Source: a virus
Lineage: Duplodnaviria > Caudoviricetes
Virus record (IMG/VR): IMGVR_UViG_3300020464_000013
Location: 1-31,867 of that record
Strand: one strand, 5' to 3'
Length of the DNA: 31,867 bases
Shown one piece after another: positions 8,832 through 16,546 of the stretch (position 1 is the stretch's first letter; the number at the start of each line of letters is the position of its first letter). A program made the translations under genes and the position numbers. The notes beneath the pieces were generated by a model that was not told the origin of the DNA, searched no databases, and worked only from the letters and a program-made list of their open reading frames with translations.

Positions 8832-9081
8832 AGCTACGTGCCATATTCAATATGGCTTTAGCTACAGCGTTAATGAAAGCATCATCATTAGGATCTAACA
8901 CTGAACTGTCCTCCATGTGTTGCTCTATGTAATAACCAATATCACTTTCTATTGTGCTAGTGACGATTTGTTCTACCTCGCCACTATTACGTATCACATC
9001 ACCAGCTATATCACTAACGATGTCACAGAAAGTTCCATCGTCAGCTAGCTCCCGTGTATCTATATCTACAGTTATTTCCAT
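8818..9081 (-). CDS. Acidic hypothetical protein
   Basis: Strong RBS AAAGGAGAAAAG; about 20 D/E versus 4 K/R. Confidence 0.75.
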   Translation of the reverse strand: MEITVDIDTRELADDGTFCDIVSDIAGDVIRNSGEVEQIVTSTIESDIGYYIEQHMEDSSVLDPNDDAFINAVAKAILNMARSYVGE

Positions 9082-9107
9082 TTCTTTTCTCCTTTATTAT
9101 GAGTTCT

Positions 9108-10103
9108 TTAACCAACTACCAGAGTCTTAGCAGCTTTCTCTGTCACAGGCAGCTTGCCAAACATCACATTGGCTTGATGCCTACGAGTACGTTCAATACC
9201 ACTCTTAATACCTTTAAGTGATTTATCTTTCTGTTCCCATGCTTGGACAGCCATAAGCGCACCCCATCTAGTGTTACGCACTCCAGCGATGTCTTGATCT
9301 TCATAGAATCTATGATTAAGTTGCTTTTTAGTGTTTGCCCAACGAGTCAGTTTATTATAGAAACCTTGTGCAGTTAACGACTTATCCATGTTAAGTGGTC
9401 GAGGCCCAATAAGATCTGTAACTAAATTGTCCCATTGTTGATCAACAAACATTTGATTAGACATCCGCTCGATCTGAGCAGCAAACTGTGTATGACGTTC
9501 ATACCCTGCACACAACTGTTCAACAGCTTCTTGCATCATGCCCTGTGGATTACCCATCTTTTTAAACTTAAAGACAGCTTCTTTATCTAAGATGTTCCAC
9601 TTAAATGTGTTGGCACAAACAACAGCGTTCGCTGATTGAGTAGCAATTAATGGAACCTTGCGGTCATGGCCGTTACCAATGTTAAACACTGACTCAACCT
9701 TCGACCAACCCGGAATGTTTATTCCATCTTTAAATTTAAGAGAAACATAACCAACAGCACCATTGTCATACGTGCCAACTGATTCAATAGTTTCTACAAG
9801 CCCAGTATCGATAAGCAATCCAGTTAAATCATCAGCCATAAACCGATGTTGAACTATCTGATATTTGTCACTGACTTCAGCATAAGCATATGGATAATTA
9901 ACCATCTTCAAAACATTTCTGCCTTCAAGAATTACACCTATCTCATCATGCTCAATATGTATTGGGTGACGCTGAACTTCACACCAGTCGAACGCATCTC
10001 TAGCATCTTCCCAGTCAATAGGCCCGACATTACCTAGCCGATGCCAAGGTAACTCTGCGTACCAAGCATGTTGAGCATCAAGCGCTGTCATTTTATGCGA
10101 CAT
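9108..10103 (-). CDS. DUF932-family phage/plasmid protein
   Basis: LPWHRLG, VSDKYQIVQH, NGHD, VVCANT, NTRWGALMAV motifs; start moved to MSHKM. Confidence 0.8.
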   Translation of the reverse strand: MSHKMTALDAQHAWYAELPWHRLGNVGPIDWEDARDAFDWCEVQRHPIHIEHDEIGVILEGRNVLKMVNYPYAYAEVSDKYQIVQHRFMADDLTGLLIDTGLVETIESVGTYDNGAVGYVSLKFKDGINIPGWSKVESVFNIGNGHDRKVPLIATQSANAVVCANTFKWNILDKEAVFKFKKMGNPQGMMQEAVEQLCAGYERHTQFAAQIERMSNQMFVDQQWDNLVTDLIGPRPLNMDKSLTAQGFYNKLTRWANTKKQLNHRFYEDQDIAGVRNTRWGALMAVQAWEQKDKSLKGIKSGIERTRRHQANVMFGKLPVTEKAAKTLVVG

Positions 10104-10353
10104 TATTATTCTCACTTTCTTTGTTAATAGCTTGCAATAATTGCAACATTGTCTCTTGGCTAATGCCTTCTAAAGACAAACCACCAATAGATATATGCCA
10201 TCTGTTATCGCTAAAACGAGCAGCCCATACATAACTTGAACCTTCGCCATAACGCACAGTGGCTTGCAATGTTTCTTTATTTTTGAATACAAGTTCACGT
10301 TCTTCTTGACACGCTTCGTTGTACACATCTGTCCTAACACGTAAATACTTCAC
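10093..10353 (-). CDS. Hypothetical protein
   Basis: GTG start with GAAAGGGAAAA RBS, downstream of a promoter. Confidence 0.7.
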   Translation of the reverse strand: MKYLRVRTDVYNEACQEERELVFKNKETLQATVRYGEGSSYVWAARFSDNRWHISIGGLSLEGISQETMLQLLQAINKESENNNVA

Positions 10354-10381
10354 GTATTTTCCCTTTCATATTGAGATCTTC

Positions 10382-10423
10382 GGGAGAGAGGACTTTGTTT
10401 ATGGGAACGACGTCCCCTCTCCC
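10382..10423 (-). promoter_or_regulatory. 5' leader hairpin
   Basis: GGGAGAGGGGAC/GUCCUCUCUCCC 12-bp stem (G-U on minus) with 18-nt loop. Confidence 0.55.
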
Positions 10424-10446
10424 TTTCTTGCGACCTTTCAGGCAAT

Positions 10447-10455
10447 ATTATACCA
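10447..10455 (-). promoter_or_regulatory. Consensus extended -10 promoter TGgTATAAT
   Basis: Reverse complement of attatacca; preceded by inverted repeat ATAAACACAA/TTGTGTTTAT (10459-10492). Confidence 0.75.
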
Positions 10456-10514
10456 GCAATAAACACAAATACTCCGTTGAGCTTGTGTTTATGCAGGATT
10501 AAGCATCCGAAAGA

Positions 10515-10733
10515 TCACGTTCCACGAGCACGCAGAATCTCTTCACGAGTAAATGCGTCACTAAAAACAATAGGTCTATCACGACTACCCGACGGCTTTT
10601 TATCTTTACTATTCTTACGTTTCTCTTCACGTAACGCTGCCGAATGCAACCGCCAAGCGTCACGACAACCAGCACACCGACAACCATTTCCATACCAATT
10701 AGCAGACGGCTGACCCTTACATTTAACAGGCAT
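10515..10733 (-). CDS. Small CRCxxC Zn-binding protein
   Basis: WYGNGCRCAGCRDAWR; TAATG coupling. Confidence 0.75.
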   Translation of the reverse strand: MPVKCKGQPSANWYGNGCRCAGCRDAWRLHSAALREEKRKNSKDKKPSGSRDRPIVFSDAFTREEILRARGT

Positions 10734-11005
10734 TAAAACTGAGCAGCTTTCAAATCTTCAACAGTTAACCCAGCATCATCAATACGAATCTGCTGCTGCT
10801 GCGCACGCTCCTGACTCTCACGATGCATGTCATCAATCAACTCATTAAGACCCATATCAATCTCTTTATGCAACGCCAACAACTCAAAGATCACATGCTC
10901 CCAAGACTTATCGTTACTATCCAACGCTTTAATCTCAGTAACACGCTGCTCAATACGGTTTTGAATACCCCGTGCAGTTGACATATCAATATAAATACGA
11001 CGCAT
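10733..11005 (-). CDS. Hypothetical coiled-coil protein
   Basis: Start moved to MRRIYIDM, with AAAGGAGG RBS at 11013-11020. Confidence 0.75.
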   Translation of the reverse strand: MRRIYIDMSTARGIQNRIEQRVTEIKALDSNDKSWEHVIFELLALHKEIDMGLNELIDDMHRESQERAQQQQIRIDDAGLTVEDLKAAQF

Positions 11006-11028
11006 AACGTCGCCTCCTTTCAATCGAG

Positions 11029-11196
11029 ATGCGACACGACAAGCGAATCGCATGTTTAAGGATACCGTGAAAAGCGATCCGGCACCCGAACCTAGGCGGA
11101 CGTGGCGAGGGGGGGCTGACACCACGTCCACCTTGATACCACACATAAGCGGTATCTAAGGAAGCCTACCCTCCGAAGAGGATAGACAACCTTAGA
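11029..11196 (-). ncRNA. Multi-hairpin structured RNA (leader or sRNA)
   Basis: Five consecutive stems, a cUUCGg tetraloop and many G-U pairs that work only on minus. Confidence 0.65.
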
Positions 11197-11202
11197 CAAC
11201 GC

Positions 11203-11793
11203 TTACACGTACAGATTTGCTCCACGCTTAGCCTTCAACGCAGCCAAGCTAGAACCAGACTTAACGTTGTCCATATGATTATCAAGAATGTTTTGCAACA
11301 TCTCTTCTTGGTTACGCATCCAGTCAAGAGTCACACCAGACGCACGTCGATACGCCATAAGCTCCCAATTGACATACTGCCTACCGAAATGCTTACTGCT
11401 AGCACGCTCGAACAACTGCAACCTGTCTTGCCCCTCGTTATCTATGTCTAGCTTCCAAGAGTCAACGTTACCGTGATCACGTACCCATACAGCCATGTCC
11501 ACATGACCATCACCTATCGGATACAACACAACACGATACTCAATAGTCTCAACAGGCTTAGGAGCTAATCCAAAGTTCTCACAAAGCTCATTATAATCTT
11601 TAGACACAGCGTTATCGTTAGCAGCATAGTAACGCTTAATACATGAATTATCAGTATAAGAATCACTAAACTCTTCTTGCAGTAAGCCAGCTACATCTAG
11701 ATCACGCCAACCAGCAGCAACCATTCCTTGCAGATTATGACGTACATAGTTAGTAACTGAATTACCAAGTATCTCTGATTTATTAATTGACAT
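11203..11793 (-). CDS. Hypothetical early protein
   Basis: Start moved to MSINK with GGAG RBS. Confidence 0.75.
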   Translation of the reverse strand: MSINKSEILGNSVTNYVRHNLQGMVAAGWRDLDVAGLLQEEFSDSYTDNSCIKRYYAANDNAVSKDYNELCENFGLAPKPVETIEYRVVLYPIGDGHVDMAVWVRDHGNVDSWKLDIDNEGQDRLQLFERASSKHFGRQYVNWELMAYRRASGVTLDWMRNQEEMLQNILDNHMDNVKSGSSLAALKAKRGANLYV

Positions 11794-11918
11794 TTGTATT
11801 CTCCATTTCATTTATTATTTGACGACACTCAGCTATACCTTTACGGCCAAGTGTTATTGTTCGTGGATTTAGTTTCCACATCTGTTGTTTGTAGACCTCA
11901 CGGACTACACGATCTCGT

Positions 11919-12080
11919 CTAGGCATCAGCACACACCGTCCACTCACCAGTACGCTCAAAGAAAGCTATGACCTTGGAACAAGCCTCGGGCACGCCTAAC
12001 CAGCAGCTTTCACACTCACCGATTACACACGCATGGCAGCGACCACAGGTGCAGTGGTACTCGTAAGTCTCGTCTTGCAT
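11919..12080 (-). CDS. Small Cys-rich protein (53 aa; not in ORF track)
   Basis: MQDETYEYHCTCGRCHACVIGECESCWLGVPEACSKVIAFFERTGEWTVCADA; GGAGG RBS, TAATG coupling. Confidence 0.7.
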   Translation of the reverse strand: MQDETYEYHCTCGRCHACVIGECESCWLGVPEACSKVIAFFERTGEWTVCADA

Positions 12081-12319
12081 TACTGGGCCTCCATGTCACG
12101 GTAAACGATGTCAGTCTTGATCGAACCTTTGATGACGTTGTTCCCATAGTTCGGCGTACTGCCGTAGCTTTCACGGAGTTTCGCTTGTAGATCCGCAGTT
12201 TTCTTGCGGCCTGAGTCGTCCAACTTGGTGACTCGGGACTTCCAAGACTGAGTGAGTTCGGAAGCTCCCTTCAGTTCAATCCATTCGGCCCATGTGGACC
12301 GAAGCATTCTGGTTCGCAC
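12080..12319 (-). CDS. First gene of the early arm, hypothetical
   Basis: GTG start with AAAGGAGAAA RBS. Confidence 0.75.
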   Translation of the reverse strand: MRTRMLRSTWAEWIELKGASELTQSWKSRVTKLDDSGRKKTADLQAKLRESYGSTPNYGNNVIKGSIKTDIVYRDMEAQ

Positions 12320-12349
12320 AATTTCTCCTTTGCTTTGTTATTTGACAGA

Positions 12350-12515
12350 GCAGGTTCTATAAACCGGGCCAGCGGTTTGCAAATCAAGGGAAGAAAGTTT
12401 CCAAAAATTCACGCATTTGGGACAACCCGAATACTTGGAGGGTTGACCCGAAATTTTGGAAAGTTTCAGGGTTCCCTACGTTTGCAAATTGCTGGTCAGG
12501 TTTATATGGTTCTGC
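12350..12515. repeat. Long imperfect palindrome carrying divergent promoter-like arms
   Basis: Arms 12359-12384/12480-12505, 12387-12392/12472-12477, 12398-12406/12454-12462, 12423-12428/12440-12445. Confidence 0.85.
12482..12510 (+). promoter_or_regulatory. Sigma70/SigA-like promoter TTGCAA-N17-TATGGT
   Basis: 17-bp spacing, TAnnnT -10; mirror copy TTGCAA-N17-TAGAAC on minus at 12354-12382. Confidence 0.55.
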
Positions 12516-13214
12516 GGCGGCAAATCACAACGCAAAGGAAACATTGTGATCAGAAGGCTAAGTGCCACAGGGGTTGAATGGACTGACGGGAGCAGCCGAA
12601 CAGAGCGAAGGCTTGGACGTAACGAGGCACGTTGGGCGGCGAAGGACACAAGAAAACGGTGGAGATACAAGCCACCACTTGACACTTCCGCAGCACGGCG
12701 CCGAACAACGGGAACAATGTTAACAAAGGAAGACGACTGGCATCGAGCACCGAGACATGGAGGAACAGCAATGCCGAGACTCAGTGCCACAAACACAGGA
12801 ACAGCCACAGCAAACAAGAGGTACACCACCCCAACACTTTAGTCACACCGGGGGTTAGTGGGTGAACTCCACTTGTTTGGTCAGCAACGGGTGATGTGCC
12901 GAACCCCACCCCTTATATGTACGTGATTATCAGTGTTTTGGTGTGTTTGGTTCACTGTTTTGGGTGTGTGGTTTGTTTGTTTGGTGTTTGGTTGGTTATG
13001 GCCTTGGATTCCTCCGAGTGTTGAGGCCTCTCTTGCCTTGACCTAGCCGTGCTGTGCTGGTCTGCTCCGTGCCCCCCGGTTTGTGTTGGGCCGTCGTGTC
13101 TGGACACGGAGTCAGATGCCCCTCTGACGGGCGATCGAACCGTTGTTAGCGGCTGGTGCGGTTGTACTGTATCATTGGATTGTTGGGGGTGGGCACTTTT
13201 TTAAGGATTTGTTT

Positions 13215-13493
13215 ATGACTATTGAAGATGTAGCTGAAAGGGCTGATGTTTGGTCAGAATCAATTAAAAAAATTATAAAGGCTATTTCCGCTGCCGGTGT
13301 TGCTCTTGCTGGCGCTGTTATGGCCCTTTTGGCGTTGTGGCCTTCCGATAATTCGGGTGATCCTATACCGCCTACTTTGACGGGTACAGGGTATAGTCCT
13401 CAATGCTCGCAACTTTATAATACCATAGAGCACACTTGGACTGAACAGCAGTGGGCTGTTTGGGAAACACTTAAAAGAGATATGGATTGCTAA
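13215..13493 (+). CDS. Small membrane protein
   Basis: Start moved to MTIEDV (AAGGA upstream); one TM helix AAGVALAGAVMALLALW. Confidence 0.65.
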   Translation: MTIEDVAERADVWSESIKKIIKAISAAGVALAGAVMALLALWPSDNSGDPIPPTLTGTGYSPQCSQLYNTIEHTWTEQQWAVWETLKRDMDC

Positions 13494-13861
13494 TGCCTAA
13501 ACGTCGAAACCCTGCCGCTGCTCGATCAATGAAGGCTCGTACTACTCGTGGTAAGCGACGTTCACCTGCTCGGATGGAAGAACGTACTGGTCGCAAGCCC
13601 AGCGATAGGGATTATTACAATAGAGCCACTTACGAACAAGCAGATGTTTCTGGTTCTGGCCGACGCCCTACATATACGCCGCATGCTCGTGGCGGTAGAG
13701 GCGATTATGATAACCCTACTGTTCCTTTACGGAGTATGGCTGGCGGTCGCCCAAGAGCGAAGGGCGGTAGTAATGCTGTAGATGCACGAAGGCGGCGTAG
13801 AGCGTCAACGGAATCTGCTTTGCGCCGTGCTGATGCTTCGATGTTCAACTACGACGACTGA
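13493..13861 (+). CDS. Arg-rich basic protein
   Basis: TAATG coupling; low-complexity, R-rich. Confidence 0.6.
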   Translation: MPKRRNPAAARSMKARTTRGKRRSPARMEERTGRKPSDRDYYNRATYEQADVSGSGRRPTYTPHARGGRGDYDNPTVPLRSMAGGRPRAKGGSNAVDARRRRRASTESALRRADASMFNYDD

Positions 13862-13873
13862 TTAGGACGGTAA

Positions 13874-14032
13874 ATGCCTGCTAAAAAGGGTTTGTATTCA
13901 AACATTCATGCAAAACGGAAACGTATTAAAGCTGGTAGTGGTGAAAAAATGAAAAAACCCGGTGCTAAAGGGGCGCCCACTGCCAAAAATTTTAAAGATT
14001 CCGCTAAGACTGCCAAGAAACGAAAGAAGTAA
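13874..14032 (+). CDS. Lys-rich small phage protein (52 aa; not in ORF track)
   Basis: MPAKKGLYSNIHAKRKRIKAGSGEKMKKPGAKGAPTAKNFKDSAKTAKKRKK; AGGA upstream; TAATG into next gene. Confidence 0.8.
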   Translation: MPAKKGLYSNIHAKRKRIKAGSGEKMKKPGAKGAPTAKNFKDSAKTAKKRKK

Positions 14033-14322
14033 TGGCTGCTAAACCAGATCCTCGATTAAAACGTGCTGGGGTTAGTGGGTATAACAAGCCTAAACGAACT
14101 CCTAACCACCCAACTAAATCGCATGTTGTTGTAGCTAAGTCAGGTGACCAAATTAAAACAATTCGGTTTGGTGAACAAGGCGCTAAAACTGCTGGCAAAG
14201 CTAAAAAAACTGATTCAAAAGCAACAAAACAAAAACGTGCCAGCTTTAAAGCTCGTCATAGGAAAAACATAGCTAAGGGGAAAATGTCTGCCGCATACTG
14301 GGCAAACAAAGAAAAATGGTGA
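14032..14322 (+). CDS. Conserved basic phage protein
   Basis: NKPKRTP..KSHVVVAK..IRFG..SFKARH..SAAYWANKEKW, a pattern I recall from environmental phages. Confidence 0.75.
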   Translation: MAAKPDPRLKRAGVSGYNKPKRTPNHPTKSHVVVAKSGDQIKTIRFGEQGAKTAGKAKKTDSKATKQKRASFKARHRKNIAKGKMSAAYWANKEKW

Positions 14323-14325
14323 ACC

Positions 14326-14604
14326 GTGGTCATTTACGGTTGCGACTGTGAAGGGGAAGAATGTGTTTGCCATTTTTACCATTACGACTGCGCCTGTGAG
14401 TTTTGTCCTGACTGCGCTTCTGATTGCTTTTGTTTCGACTACGCAGAATTAATAGAACAACCAATGGAACCACGTACCCTTATGGAAATATTCGAAGACC
14501 ATCCTGAACTCATGGGGGAGCGCACAGACATAGATCCTTTCGACGACGACGAAATAATTGAATGTGATTTAGAAAATCCAGATATTTGCGAATCTTGCCA
14601 ATAA
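14326..14604 (+). CDS. Cys-rich acidic protein
   Basis: 13 Cys in 92 aa; fills the gap up to the terminase RBS. Confidence 0.6.
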   Translation: MVIYGCDCEGEECVCHFYHYDCACEFCPDCASDCFCFDYAELIEQPMEPRTLMEIFEDHPELMGERTDIDPFDDDEIIECDLENPDICESCQ

Positions 14605-14613
14605 GGGGACATA

Positions 14614-16539
14614 ATGCCTTCAGGTAAAGCCACGAGTGTAGAAACGTGGACAAATTACATAATGATGCGCCGTCAAGGCATGTCTGTTTACGCAGCAGCT
14701 AAAAAAGTAGGCCTGTCATACCACGCTTGCCACGACGCAGAAAACACTAAAAAACCTCGCAATTACATAACCGCTGAAGCAACACTCGGTGAAGTAGTAC
14801 CAGCAGAAGTACCCCAATACGACAACTTATCCGAAGAAGCACAAGCCGCATTTGACAATATAGAAATTTTTGCTTTGCGATATTTTGGGATTGTTCTACA
14901 ACCTTGGCAAATAGAAGCAACAGAACGAATAATGGGGCTTTTAGACACAGAATACGAAGAATACGCTGTAATAAATGCTCCTCCCGGCACCGGAAAGTCA
15001 ACATTCTTCGCTAAAGTGCTACCTGCATGGGCAACCGTGCGTAACCGAGCCATTCGTGGAATGATCGGTTCATCAACGCAGCGATTGGCTGAGTGGTATG
15101 CCCGTAGGTTGCGCGCCGAATTCGATCGAGCGCATCCAGTCAAAGCCGAATTGAACGACGTTCGACTCGGTTTAGCGGTAGACGCGAAAGCCACGCTGCA
15201 AGATGACTTCGGAATGTTTAGACCAGATTCTTCTGAAATATGGCGTGCCGATGCTTTTACTGTGCTACAAAAGGATGACGTTCCTCTTTCGCAAAAAGAA
15301 CCTACATGGTCTGCGTTCGGAATGGACTCCGGTTTTCTTGGTGGCCGTTTCGATCTAGTCATATGGGACGACGTATACGACCCACGCAAAATGCGTTCCG
15401 CAGAAGCAAGGGAAGATATGCGGCGTTGGTGGGACGAAGTAGCAGAAACCCGACTAGAACCCGGCGGTTTGCTGGTTCTACAGGGACAACGCATGTCAGC
15501 AGATGACATCTACAGATATGCGTTAGACAAAGTTGCGCCCCCTGACGATTACGAACTAGAGGAATTTGATCCAGACGATGCCCCCGACGAATGGCGTAAA
15601 TACACGCACCTTAAATATCAAGCGCATTATGAAGAACTATGTGACGGCAATCACGAAAACCACAAGCCCAGTGGGGAACCTTGGCCCGGAGGATGTTTAC
15701 TATACCCACGACGTTTACCTTGGCGACGACTACGACACATTAAGGCACAAACTCCTGATCGATTTGAGGTCTTGTACCAGCAATCAGACGTAAACCCATC
15801 GAATGTTTTAGTTGACCCACTATGGGTAACAGGCGGACAAGGCAAAGACGGAGTGCACCACCCCGGTTGTTGGGATAACGACCGAGGATTATGGGAATTA
15901 CCACCAAATGTTGGTGGCGAAATGTTTGTAGTTGCTACTGCTGACCCCTCACCAGCAAACTTTTGGGCAATACAATGCTGGGCTTATAACCCAAATACAG
16001 AGTTTAGATACCTGCTAGAATCGTATCGACGCAAAATGGATGCACCAGATTTTCTGGATTGGAGCCACGAACGTCAATGTTTTACAGGTGTAGCTGAAGA
16101 TTGGTGGCAAATTAGCAACGATCTAGGTCATCCAATTACACATTGGATTATCGAAGCTAACGCCGCACAAAAATTTATTCTTCAATACGACCACTTCCGC
16201 CGCTGGGCGGCACTACGCAATGTCCAACTTATCCCGCATTACACGCATTCTAAAAATAAAGGCGACCCCAAATATGGAGTGCAAATGCTCGCTCCGTTAT
16301 GGCGTGTTGGCCGAGTGCGTTTGCCCGGTAAGAGGGATACGGAAGCAAGACCGCATTCGCTTTTACTAGTAAATGAAGTAACACGGTGGAACCCAGAAGG
16401 GACGGGTTCACGCACAGACGACTGTGTTATGGCAGAATGGTTTTTGGAACATAATTTAGAAAAAATCTATGTACCGACTATAGTTAATAATCGACAGTGG
16501 CGGCCCTCGTGGATGGGTGACACCGCAACAACTCCGTGA
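14614..16539 (+). CDS. terL: Terminase large subunit with N-terminal HTH
   Basis: LQPWQ, Walker A APPGTGKST, Walker B LVIWDD, nuclease TADPS and DDCVMA. Confidence 0.92.
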   Translation: MPSGKATSVETWTNYIMMRRQGMSVYAAAKKVGLSYHACHDAENTKKPRNYITAEATLGEVVPAEVPQYDNLSEEAQAAFDNIEIFALRYFGIVLQPWQIEATERIMGLLDTEYEEYAVINAPPGTGKSTFFAKVLPAWATVRNRAIRGMIGSSTQRLAEWYARRLRAEFDRAHPVKAELNDVRLGLAVDAKATLQDDFGMFRPDSSEIWRADAFTVLQKDDVPLSQKEPTWSAFGMDSGFLGGRFDLVIWDDVYDPRKMRSAEAREDMRRWWDEVAETRLEPGGLLVLQGQRMSADDIYRYALDKVAPPDDYELEEFDPDDAPDEWRKYTHLKYQAHYEELCDGNHENHKPSGEPWPGGCLLYPRRLPWRRLRHIKAQTPDRFEVLYQQSDVNPSNVLVDPLWVTGGQGKDGVHHPGCWDNDRGLWELPPNVGGEMFVVATADPSPANFWAIQCWAYNPNTEFRYLLESYRRKMDAPDFLDWSHERQCFTGVAEDWWQISNDLGHPITHWIIEANAAQKFILQYDHFRRWAALRNVQLIPHYTHSKNKGDPKYGVQMLAPLWRVGRVRLPGKRDTEARPHSLLLVNEVTRWNPEGTGSRTDDCVMAEWFLEHNLEKIYVPTIVNNRQWRPSWMGDTATTP

Positions 16540-16546
16540 GGTAAAT

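Noticed and set aside
11006-11146. N-terminal extension of ORF 10733-11146
   Set aside because: Strong RBS precedes ATG 11005; the extension runs through structured RNA
12342-12363. TTGACA...TATAAA on plus
   Set aside because: Spacer is only 10 bp
12335-12842. ORFs 12335-12577, 12456-12842, 12476-12829 and 12550-12771
   Set aside because: No RBS, overlap the palindrome, and are explained by the local low-T composition reducing stop codons
14763-15509. 248-aa antisense ORF in terL and other antisense ORFs in late genes
   Set aside because: Shadow frames of well-supported genes, with no RBS or motifs
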